Origin: Candidatus Aminicenantes bacterium | GTDB lineage: Bacteria; Acidobacteriota; Aminicenantia; Aminicenantales; Aminicenantaceae | Direction of reading: 5' to 3' | NCBI GenBank assembly: GCA_046483285.1 | Contig: JAWODN010000121.1 | Location: forward strand, 5,899 to 69,898 | Length of the DNA: 64,000 nucleotides | Part shown: positions 35,747-44,007 of the stretch, in pieces | Layout of the letters: the number at the start of each line of letters is the position of its first letter | How positions within the stretch are numbered: the first letter of the stretch is position 1 | Position numbers and translations under genes: made by a program | Notes under the pieces: generated by a model | What the model saw: only the letters and a program-made list of their open reading frames with translations | What the model was told of the DNA's origin: nothing | Database searches by the model: none

Positions 35747-36849
35747 ATCACTGTCAAAATCACAAAAAATCCGGCCGCCGGCAGGAGGGCCTTAGCTATC
35801 AGGCTGAACACCGGATTTCCGGTTAAATACGCCGCTATTCCGAGGGAAACCAGCCACAGTCCCGCAATCAACACAACATCGAAAAGGCGGGATTTCAACC
35901 ACCGGGAAGGCTTGAGAAAAGACAGCATTCCGAATCCTTTGCTCCGGGACTCTTCCTGTTCCGTCCCGAAAAGCATCCCCTGGTCATGACCGGTTAAAGC
36001 GGGGGTGTCATCAATGTCAATTTCGGATGTTTCTCTATCGAATTCCTCGAAAGCCCCGGTATCTTCCTCTTCTTCTTCCTCAGGAATTTCCCGCTCTTCT
36101 TCGGGTTCCAGCCGGACGGCCTCTTCGGTTGTTTTTACTTTGGTTTCTTGTTCCTGATCATCCGGCTCCTTATCTGCGTCTCTCATCTTTTCCGCCCAAG
36201 GAGGCAGGTCTTCTTCTGCGGCTTTTGTATCCTTTTTAATTTTTCGCCGCTCTTTTTTTAATGAGTCCAAAAACTGCTCGATCTCTTCTTTTTCCTTATC
36301 CGCAGGGTCCACCATGTCTTCCAAATCCCGGGTTTTCAGGTCTTCTTCCTCCCCTTCCATATCTTCCTCCGGGAATAGCCAATCCACGCTCCCTGAAGAA
36401 GGCGGAGCGGCCCGGGAATCCCCCTCGTCTTTATCGTCTTCTTCAGAAGGAGGGGGGGATTCAAAGGAAGTTGTTTCGAATGGTGTGTCAGAAGAAGGCG
36501 GGGTGGATGACACGTCGCCGCCAGGCTCAGGTTCCTCCTCCTCCGGTTCCGCCGGTTCGGGTTCCTCCGGCAAATCCTCTTTCAATGCCGCAGCGGATTC
36601 TTCTGATTCCGGGGACTCTTCCTCTTTCAGGTCCGGATCATCCATGTCCTCAGGTGGAGCCGCCTGCTGGTCATGCCGGGAGGATTTATGGACTTCTTCT
36701 TCCTCCTCTTCAACAACTCTTTCTCCCGGAATTTCTTCTTCAATATCCTCATCTTCAGGGAAAATAAGCTTGGTCCCGCAATTTGAACAGAATTCAGAGT
36801 CTTCTTCAATAAAAGCTTTGCAATAAGGACACTTTTTTATGGCCACCAC
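35677..36849 (-). CDS. zinc-ribbon protein with long acidic disordered region and C-terminal TM helices (hypothetical)
   Basis: 390 aa. N-terminus CPYCKAFIEEDSEFCSNCGTKL. About 250 aa of E/D/P-rich low complexity. C-terminal helices VVLIAGLWLVSLGIAAYL and FFVILTVIYFSLFLVFL. The 3' end overlaps the lptB end by about 70 nt, so the true stop or start is uncertain. Confidence 0.35.
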   Translation of the reverse strand: MVAIKKCPYCKAFIEEDSEFCSNCGTKLIFPEDEDIEEEIPGERVVEEEEEEVHKSSRHDQQAAPPEDMDDPDLKEEESPESEESAAALKEDLPEEPEPAEPEEEEPEPGGDVSSTPPSSDTPFETTSFESPPPSEEDDKDEGDSRAAPPSSGSVDWLFPEEDMEGEEEDLKTRDLEDMVDPADKEKEEIEQFLDSLKKERRKIKKDTKAAEEDLPPWAEKMRDADKEPDDQEQETKVKTTEEAVRLEPEEEREIPEEEEEEDTGAFEEFDRETSEIDIDDTPALTGHDQGMLFGTEQEESRSKGFGMLSFLKPSRWLKSRLFDVVLIAGLWLVSLGIAAYLTGNPVFSLIAKALLPAAGFFVILTVIYFSLFLVFLRETLGDFIFPKEE

Positions 36850-36891
36850 CTTATATATAATGAGAAAAATTCATAATGTCAATCACAGGGG

Positions 36892-37488
36892 TTATTTTCC
36901 TTTCCGGAAAAGCGGGATTCCCCTATGATGAATAAGGCTTTTTTTCCTCGGCTTATGAGGAAAGATCCCCTCAGAAACATATCGAACATCCTCCAGGGTA
37001 AAAAACGCCTTGGGATTGTGTTTTTTGATAAGGGTCTCCACTTTCTCATAATCACAGCGCCGAATGGTCATGTATATAATACTCACGGGGCCTTCACTCC
37101 CCTCGGCCGGCTGGGCGGTCACACCGAAACCTTCTTTTCTGAGTGCGGCAATTAAATCCGCCGCATCCTTGCGGGTGATGACCCGGATAACCACCCGGCC
37201 CACCGCCATTTTCTGTTCCAAAAGAATTCCCGCATAATTCCCCAGAGCAAACCCCGCACTGTAGGCTATATAACCCAGGGCGTTATCCAAATTATCGAAA
37301 ATGATTTTTATGGCCAGAATCCATATAAGCACTTCAAAAAAGCCCACGATGGGAGCCAGTTTTCGAAATCCCCTGGCAACATAGACAATCCGGATGGTCT
37401 GCAGGGAAACATCCAAAATGCGGGCGATAAAGATCAGCAGGGGAAGAATCACCCACATGAATAAAGAGTTTTCCATTAATGCGTCCAT
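36892..37488 (-). CDS. UPF0316/DUF2179-family membrane protein
   Basis: 198 aa. Three N-terminal TM helices and a C-terminal DUF2179-like domain (VIRVITRKDAADLIAALRKEGFGVT...TIRRCDYEKVETLIKKHNPKAFFTLEDV). Confidence 0.45.
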   Translation of the reverse strand: MDALMENSLFMWVILPLLIFIARILDVSLQTIRIVYVARGFRKLAPIVGFFEVLIWILAIKIIFDNLDNALGYIAYSAGFALGNYAGILLEQKMAVGRVVIRVITRKDAADLIAALRKEGFGVTAQPAEGSEGPVSIIYMTIRRCDYEKVETLIKKHNPKAFFTLEDVRYVSEGIFPHKPRKKSLIHHRGIPLFRKGK

Positions 37489-37643
37489 TTGATTTAAAAG
37501 ATGATTTTACCAAGTCCGGGTTTTAAAATGCAACAGTTTGATGACATGCTGGTTCATAGGCATCAACCCCGGCCCGGGAATAAATCAGGTGAGTCAGAAC
37601 TGTGATTCGGAAAACTCCGGAGGAACTTCAGTTCTGCGGTGAA

Positions 37644-37672
37644 TTGACAACGGAAACGGTTATACATATACT
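37644..37672 (+). promoter_or_regulatory. candidate sigma70 promoter for tRNA-Val (TTGACA-N17-TATACT)
   Basis: TTGACA at 37644-37649, a 17-nt spacer, TATACT at 37667-37672, plus TATAAT at 37673-37678. About 10-15 nt upstream of the tRNA 5' end. Confidence 0.5.
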
Positions 37673-37684
37673 TATAATTCCCGT

Positions 37685-37759
37685 GGGCGATTAACTCAGC
37701 GGAAGAGTGCTACCTTCACGCGGTAGAGGTCAGAGGTTCGAATCCTCTATCGCCCACCA
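37685..37759 (+). tRNA. tRNA-Val (CAC anticodon)
   Basis: GGGCGAT/ATCGCCC acceptor stem, D-arm AACTCAGCGGAAGAGT, anticodon stem CTACC/GGTAG with loop TTCACGC, T-arm GGTTCGAATCC, encoded CCA. Confidence 0.85.
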
Positions 37760-37792
37760 TTCCTTTTCTTTTCAGAATAAATGTCCCCTTTT

Positions 37793-38176
37793 TTATTCCG
37801 GCGGCAGCGTCCTGAGGCTTAAAACATGCCAGGTCACTCCGGCGGCGATCCCTATCAGCACGATTTTAAGCCATAGCTGTTCCGCCGCCGCAACAACACT
37901 GATTCCGATGGTTATCCATAAAAGGATCAAAGTTGTTGCTTTGACTCCCCGGGTCACCACTCTTCTCTCCCGGTAATTTTTTATATAAGGACCGAACAGG
38001 CGGTGTGTCATCATCCAGTTATAAAGCCTTTCCGAGCTGCGGACAAAGCAAGCCGCGGCCAGCAGTAAAAAAGGAGTGGTGGGAAGCAAGGGGACCACCA
38101 CCCCCACCGCCCCTATAAAAACAAACAGAACGCCGGCGGACATTAGAAACCATTTGCGGAATGTCAATTTTTTCAT
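37793..38176 (-). CDS. DUF454 (YbaN-like) inner membrane protein
   Basis: Start moved to the ATG at 38174-38176 (MKKLTFRKWFLMSAGVLFVFIGAVGVVVPLLPTTPFLLLAAACFVRSSERLYNWM, the DUF454 pattern). The track start at 38335 reads into a mosaic repeat copy. Confidence 0.55.
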   Translation of the reverse strand: MKKLTFRKWFLMSAGVLFVFIGAVGVVVPLLPTTPFLLLAAACFVRSSERLYNWMMTHRLFGPYIKNYRERRVVTRGVKATTLILLWITIGISVVAAAEQLWLKIVLIGIAAGVTWHVLSLRTLPPE

Positions 38177-38560
38177 TTCACAACAGGGATACCCTGATTT
38201 AGTTCGAAAATAACAAAAATAGTCCATTTCGTCTATCTTGTCTACCTGGTCTGAAGGGGGCGCGAAAAGCGAGAAAGGCGAGACGTGCGAGAAAAGCAGA
38301 AGGCCTCTGAAAAAATCAAAAATGAACATTTTCATTTATCGCGTGTGGCAAAACCGCCATGAATAATTATTACTTAGCCTGGATTATTCACAGGCCGGGA
38401 TTGCCGCAGATTTCGGATTGCGGCGAGGAAGTCGTGGTACTTCACTACGACGAGCTGCAAGCCGGAAGATGCGGTGAGATTCGGCCTGCCCTAAGGCTAA
38501 AAAAATGGTTCGGGCGGGCCGAATTCCACCGGTCCCCGCGTGCCGGGAATATGATAAAAC
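38177..38560. repeat. mosaic repeat copy (5' module, short 9-bp units, module E, A-like module, module F)
   Basis: 38195-38225 (TTCGAAAATAACAAAAATAGTCCATTTCGTCT) matches 11896-11925. 38255-38335 matches module E at 12003-12075. 38395-38510 is module F (GGGATTGCCGCAGATTTCGGATTGCGGCGAGGAAGTCGTGGTACTTCACTACGACGAGCTGCAAGCCGG...). Confidence 0.75.
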
Positions 38561-38643
38561 CGGCTGCGTCTCTTTACGGAAAGACGAGATTGCTATATGA
38601 TAAAAAAAACAAGGGATGAGAAAAGAAAATTATATTCATTAAA

Positions 38644-39525
38644 ATGAAAAAAAAACATTTGAAAAATATTTTATTGAACCTGGTGGGGTTTTCATTCCTT
38701 TTAGCGGCAGCGGGATGGCAGACCGGCTGCCAATCTTCCTCCGGGCTGGTTAAAAAAGGAATTGAACTGGAAAGGGCCGGCGATGCGGACGGCGCACTGG
38801 CTTATTACAACCAGGCGATTGAAAGCGATTCCACCAACGCCCGGGCTTATTTTAAACGGGGCTCTGTGCGGGAAAAACAGGGCCATCTGCGGGGAGCGAT
38901 CAAGGATTATTCCCAGGCAATTGACATTCAGCCGGATTTTTTGGAGGCGCTTTTCAGACGCGGAGAGGCCCTTGCGCGGACCGGTGATTATAACGGGGCC
39001 GTGAACGACTTCAGCCGGGTGATTGAAAAAAATCCCAATAATTCCACGGTGTATCTTCACCGGGGCCATATATGGATCCAGACCGGCGAGCATGAAAAAG
39101 CGGCTGCTGATTTTAGCAAGTCCATTCAAAACAATCCTTTTTCCCCGGAAGCTCACCACAGCCGCGGCATCGCACGGTTTTATATTCAGAATTTTCCCGG
39201 CGCCATGTCGGATTTCAACCGGGCCATTGAACTGAAACCGGACTATGCCGAGGCTTACCACAACCGCGGAAACCTCTGGCTTCAAAGAGAAAAATATGAC
39301 TTGGCGGTCAGGGACTTCACAAACGCCGTCAGTATCGATCCGGAATACGCCCATGCCTATTTGAACCGGGGAGCCGCCCTGTTCAGCCGGCACGATTATG
39401 CCCAGGCTTTGCAGGATTTCTTGAAAGCCGGGGAACTCGATCCGGCCTGCCGGGAAAAAGCCGCGCCCTGGATTTCGGAATGCCGGGCCAAGCTGAAAAA
39501 CAAAATAAAAGACTCCCATCCTTAG
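38644..39525 (+). CDS. TPR-repeat lipoprotein
   Basis: 293 aa. Signal with lipobox-like TGC. Six or more TPR units (AYFKRGSVREKQGHLRGAIKDYSQAIDIQPDF and others). Confidence 0.6.
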   Translation: MKKKHLKNILLNLVGFSFLLAAAGWQTGCQSSSGLVKKGIELERAGDADGALAYYNQAIESDSTNARAYFKRGSVREKQGHLRGAIKDYSQAIDIQPDFLEALFRRGEALARTGDYNGAVNDFSRVIEKNPNNSTVYLHRGHIWIQTGEHEKAAADFSKSIQNNPFSPEAHHSRGIARFYIQNFPGAMSDFNRAIELKPDYAEAYHNRGNLWLQREKYDLAVRDFTNAVSIDPEYAHAYLNRGAALFSRHDYAQALQDFLKAGELDPACREKAAPWISECRAKLKNKIKDSHP

Positions 39526-39631
39526 CCTGACTTATACCTTTGAAAATGGCCGGACATGTCTCCCTGAAAAACACAGCAACAAAGGACCTCAGAACGCCTC
39601 GCCCGGCAAAATTTGAAACAAGGACACGAGC

Positions 39632-40669
39632 ATGATGAAACGCGATGACAAAGGGTATTTGACCTACTGGAATGATGCCGGCAAAAAACGGGTTTTTTCC
39701 GGAATTCAGCCGACCGGAGAACTTCATATCGGTAATTATCTGGGAGCCATTTCCAACTGGGTGGCTTTTCTGGATGATTACGAGTGCTTTTTCTGCATTG
39801 TCGACCACCACGCCGCCACCATCGAATATGACCCCGCGGACATGCCCCGCCGTGTTTTTAACGCGGCTGTGGCCAATATGGCGGCCGGCCTGGATCCGCA
39901 GCGCTGCACTCTGTTCGTCCAGAGTGAAGTCCCGGAACATACCGAACTCGCCTGGATTTTCAACACGGTGACGCCTTACGGCGAACTGTCCCGCATGACC
40001 CAATTCAAGCAGAAATCTCAGCAGTATCAGCAGAACGTGAATGTGGGGCTGTTCACTTACCCGGTGCTGCAGGCAGCGGATATCCTGCTCTACAAAGCCA
40101 GTGCGGTCCCGGTGGGAGAAGACCAGGTTCAGCATATCGAACTGGCACGCGAAATCGCCCGCGGCTTCAACAACCGCTTCAGTGACGTGTTCCCGGAATG
40201 CCAGGCTTATCTGACCGAAGCCAAGCGGATCATGGGTTTGGACGGAGAAAAAAAGATGTCCAAAAGCCTGGGCAACACCATCGGCATCCTGGAGCCGGCG
40301 GAAAGCATCTGGAAAAAACTGGGGCCCGCCAAAACCGACGAGCGGCGGCAACGCAGATCCGACCCCGGCGTCCCTGAGGATTGCAATATATACATGAGTT
40401 ACCACCGCTATTTTTCACCTGAAAAAGACCTGATATGGGTCCGGGAAGGATGCACCGGTGCCTCCATCGGCTGTTTGGAATGCAAAAAAAAGCTGCTGGA
40501 AAACATGGACCGGGCCCTGGCTCCCATCCGCCGGAAAGCCGCCGCATATCACGCCGACCCCGGATTTGTGCACGGCGTGCTCACGGAGGGCGCGAAGAAA
40601 GCCAAAAAGATCGCGGAACAGGTCATCGCCGAGGTCAAACAGGCAATGGGACTGGTGCGCCTAAAGTAA
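39632..40669 (+). CDS. trpS: tryptophan--tRNA ligase
   Basis: 345 aa. HIGH-type motif GELHIGNYLGA and KMSKS motif (KKMSKSLGN). Confidence 0.9.
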   Translation: MMKRDDKGYLTYWNDAGKKRVFSGIQPTGELHIGNYLGAISNWVAFLDDYECFFCIVDHHAATIEYDPADMPRRVFNAAVANMAAGLDPQRCTLFVQSEVPEHTELAWIFNTVTPYGELSRMTQFKQKSQQYQQNVNVGLFTYPVLQAADILLYKASAVPVGEDQVQHIELAREIARGFNNRFSDVFPECQAYLTEAKRIMGLDGEKKMSKSLGNTIGILEPAESIWKKLGPAKTDERRQRRSDPGVPEDCNIYMSYHRYFSPEKDLIWVREGCTGASIGCLECKKKLLENMDRALAPIRRKAAAYHADPGFVHGVLTEGAKKAKKIAEQVIAEVKQAMGLVRLK

Positions 40670-40677
40670 ACAGAAGA

Positions 40678-41520
40678 CTAATCCCGGCCGGAGGGCATCT
40701 GGCGTTTTTTGACTATGCGGTAGGTCAACGGACTCGGCATAAATCTCAAAGCGAATCGAACGATTTTATTGTTGAATCCCGGAACGCACACCGCCTTTTT
40801 TTTCCGGGCGCACTTCATTGATATTTTCACCACCTCTTCGGCATCCATGGCTTTCATGATCCCCTTGCTTTTATATATCCTCTCCTCATCCAAACCCATG
40901 CGCTGATGGAATTCAGTGCGGGTTATTCCGGGACAGAGCGCTTGGACATAGACTCCCGTGTCTTGAAGCTCCAGAAAAAGCGATTCAGAAAAAAGTTTCA
41001 CCATGGTTTTCGAAGCCGCGTAAACCGCATTCAGCGGATAGGGGGTGAAAGCAGCGGTTGATGAAACATTGATGATCATTCCATCGCCGGCGGTGATCAT
41101 CTGCGGAAGCGCAGCTTGAGTTAAACGCATAACCGCCAATTCGTGCACATAAAGCATATCTTCATATGCGGAAAAATCTCCCCGGTCGAAATAACATTGC
41201 GTCCCGAATCCGGCGTTGTTGACCAGTATTTTCAAATCCTTCTTTTTTTGAAGTTTTCCGGCCAGCTCTTCGATCTCTTCTCTCTTAGAAAGATCTCTTG
41301 TTTCCGTTTCGGCATTAATCTCATAATCCCGGCTCAACCGGCGGGCCATAGATTCAAGCTTGGTCCTGTTGCGTCCTGTCAGAATCAAATGATATCCCTG
41401 TTCAGCGAACTCCCGTCCGAAAGCTTCGCCGATTCCGCTGGTGGCTCCTGTGATGCAGGCCCATTGGCCAGCATTGGACTCCATGTCGATTTCTCCTTTC
41501 ATAAAGGAAATGAACCGCAC
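40678..41520 (-). CDS. classical short-chain dehydrogenase/reductase
   Basis: 280 aa. Cofactor motif ITGATSGIGEAF. NNAG. Catalytic YAASK. Confidence 0.8.
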   Translation of the reverse strand: MRFISFMKGEIDMESNAGQWACITGATSGIGEAFGREFAEQGYHLILTGRNRTKLESMARRLSRDYEINAETETRDLSKREEIEELAGKLQKKKDLKILVNNAGFGTQCYFDRGDFSAYEDMLYVHELAVMRLTQAALPQMITAGDGMIINVSSTAAFTPYPLNAVYAASKTMVKLFSESLFLELQDTGVYVQALCPGITRTEFHQRMGLDEERIYKSKGIMKAMDAEEVVKISMKCARKKKAVCVPGFNNKIVRFALRFMPSPLTYRIVKKRQMPSGRD

Positions 41521-41651
41521 CCGGAAGGCTGAACTTTCCAGGCCGCTTCAGTCATAACTGAATTTCATACAGCCTTACCGTGACCCTTCTTCCGGTGGTC
41601 ATGGTTCGTGGTGTACGGCACCCCGGTCAAAGCCGATTGATCCAAAACCGG

Positions 41652-42554
41652 TTATTTTTTATACAGATAAATGGAATGCTCTTCTCCATCCCAGGATTCA
41701 ACGCTTTTGTATGCGATCTCCCGGTCTTCCCACCCGACGATATTATAGTTGTGGGAAACCACCCGCGCCCCGTCCTTAAGCTGCTTTTCCAGGATAGGCC
41801 GCATCAGCTCGTTGGATTCCGGAAGCAGATACATGGTCACCACCGTGGCTTCGGAATAATCGGATTTAGTGGCGTCCTCCTTGCGGAACTCAACCAGGGC
41901 TTCCACTCCGGCCTCCCGGGCACTCCGGCGGGCTCCCTGCAGCTTAACCGGATCCAATTCAATCCCCACTCCCCGGGCTCCGAACCTTCTCGCCGCCATG
42001 ATCACGATCCGGCCGTCCCCGCAGCCGATATCATAAACCACATCATTCTCATCCACTTCCGCCATCAGCAGCATGGATTCCGCCACTCCCAGCGGCGTAG
42101 GGACATATGGAGCCAGATCCACCGCATCTTCCCGGCCGTGGGAGCCGTCATACAGCTCGAGCTGATCCTCTTCATCATAGCGAAAGGAAAAAGGGAAACC
42201 GGGGCCCAGTTTATAACGCACCCAAACATCCCCCTTGAGGAATGATATGTACAATTCTTCATCAGTAGAATAGCGGTGAACTTCATCCGCCTGGATGGTT
42301 TTTTCCTCGGGCTCTTCATCCCCGGAACGGGGCTTGATTTTATAAGTTATGCTTTTGTCTGTGACATTGCGGACGGTGACCTCAGGAAGATTGACAGGTA
42401 TTCGATCAAAATCATCCCGGTTCTCCTCGACGGGCTTTTCCGGAATCTCATTTTGCCCGCTTCCGCCGCAGCCCGAGGTTAAGACAAAAATGCAGGAAAG
42501 AAAAAGCCAAAAAACATACAATAACCGGACGGAAGCTTTCCTCTGATGTCTCAT
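41652..42554 (-). CDS. lipoprotein with class I SAM-dependent methyltransferase domain
   Basis: 300 aa. Signal plus lipobox LTSGC. About 130-aa N-terminal domain. Motif I VYDIGCGDGRIVIMAA and an acidic post-I residue (IELD). Confidence 0.55.
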   Translation of the reverse strand: MRHQRKASVRLLYVFWLFLSCIFVLTSGCGGSGQNEIPEKPVEENRDDFDRIPVNLPEVTVRNVTDKSITYKIKPRSGDEEPEEKTIQADEVHRYSTDEELYISFLKGDVWVRYKLGPGFPFSFRYDEEDQLELYDGSHGREDAVDLAPYVPTPLGVAESMLLMAEVDENDVVYDIGCGDGRIVIMAARRFGARGVGIELDPVKLQGARRSAREAGVEALVEFRKEDATKSDYSEATVVTMYLLPESNELMRPILEKQLKDGARVVSHNYNIVGWEDREIAYKSVESWDGEEHSIYLYKK

Positions 42555-42641
42555 TTTTTTATTTTAGATGGATTTCTGAAATTATTCAACCGGGGCCGGT
42601 CAAAAGGCACAGCGGATTGATCCTCAAAACGGCTTGCCGAA

Positions 42642-43934
42642 TTATTCCGGACGCCAATCCTTCATGCTTTCAAAAACGTCTTGAAGAATGGCCACACAAC
42701 GGTCCATGTGTTCCTTGGTGTGGGCGGCGGAAACGGAAAGTCTCAGGCGGGTTTTATTTTTGGAAACCGCAGGATAGGTCACAACGCCGCTATACAATCC
42801 CTTTTGTTGGATCCGGCGGCTGATTTCGCGCAACCGAAGATCGCTTCCCGCCATGACCGGGATCACCTGGGATTTTGTGCTGCCGATATCCAACCCGGCT
42901 TCCTTCAAACGGGTATGCATATAGCGGGTATTGTCCCACAGCCTTTCCCGGTTGGAGGGGTCTTTTTGGAAAAGGTCCAGGGCTTTCAATATGCCGACCG
43001 CTGTATGCGGCGCCATGGCGCAGGAAAAAACATAGGAACGGGCGAACATTCTCAAAAAAGTCATCAGTTTCTTTTCCCCGGCTGCGTACCCCCCGATGGC
43101 ACCGAAGGACTTGCTGAAAGTTCCGATGGCGATATCCACCTGATCTTCCAATCCGTAATGTTCGGCCACGCCTCCCCCTTTTTTTCCAAAGACCAGAGAC
43201 GCATGAGCTTCATCCACTAATATTTTAGCGTTATATTTTTGACAAACAGGAACGATCTCAGGCAGATTGGCCAGATCGCCGTCCATGCTGTAAACTCCTT
43301 CCACACAGACGATAACTCTCTTGGCCTGGAGGCTTTTCAGGACTTTATCAAGATGGCGGGGATTGTTATGAGAAAACACCTTAATCTCCGCGCCCGAGAG
43401 CCTCACTCCGTCATAGATGGAAGCATGGGAGAGAATATCCAAAACGGCGATATCACCCGGCTTGAGCAGGCTGGAAAGAATACCGACATTGGCCCCGTAG
43501 CCGGTGGAGAAAACAATCGCCGCATCTTTGTTTTTAATATCCGCTATCCCGGCCTCCAACTCCAGAAGGGGCTGGGAATATCCGCTCAACAAAGGGGCGG
43601 ATACAGCGCCCGTTCCGAATTTTTTCACAGCGTCCTGAACAGCCCGAATGACTTCCGGATGAAATGAATACCCGAGGTAGTTGTAAGAACAAAAATTGAG
43701 AAACCGGCGGGTGCGGCCGGCATTGTTGTCATAAACTTCAAATTCCGGTTTGGGTCCTGATATCATGGGCTGGGCATAAATCATGTACTGCTTCCGCCTG
43801 GCATCCGCGACATATTCCCAAAAATAATCAGCGACCTCAAATAAATCTTCCCCCCGGAATTCAGCAAAATCGACCATGGTGTGATGATCGCAGTTTACTT
43901 TTTTCTCCTTAAGATCCTTGGGCTGCAGTGTCAT
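42642..43934 (-). CDS. alpha-oxoamine synthase family PLP enzyme (serine palmitoyltransferase / 2-amino-3-ketobutyrate CoA ligase-like)
   Basis: 430 aa. Substrate-binding motif FCSYNYLGY. GVYSMDGDLANLPEIV. DEAHASLVFGKKGGG. PLP lysine in GTFSKSFGAIGG. Confidence 0.8.
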   Translation of the reverse strand: MTLQPKDLKEKKVNCDHHTMVDFAEFRGEDLFEVADYFWEYVADARRKQYMIYAQPMISGPKPEFEVYDNNAGRTRRFLNFCSYNYLGYSFHPEVIRAVQDAVKKFGTGAVSAPLLSGYSQPLLELEAGIADIKNKDAAIVFSTGYGANVGILSSLLKPGDIAVLDILSHASIYDGVRLSGAEIKVFSHNNPRHLDKVLKSLQAKRVIVCVEGVYSMDGDLANLPEIVPVCQKYNAKILVDEAHASLVFGKKGGGVAEHYGLEDQVDIAIGTFSKSFGAIGGYAAGEKKLMTFLRMFARSYVFSCAMAPHTAVGILKALDLFQKDPSNRERLWDNTRYMHTRLKEAGLDIGSTKSQVIPVMAGSDLRLREISRRIQQKGLYSGVVTYPAVSKNKTRLRLSVSAAHTKEHMDRCVAILQDVFESMKDWRPE

Positions 43935-44007
43935 TAATTCCTCGCGGTGTCAGGTTGATTTTCCCGTTTGCTTATACCACAGGAAATAAGCCGGGGTCAA
44001 ATCCAGG

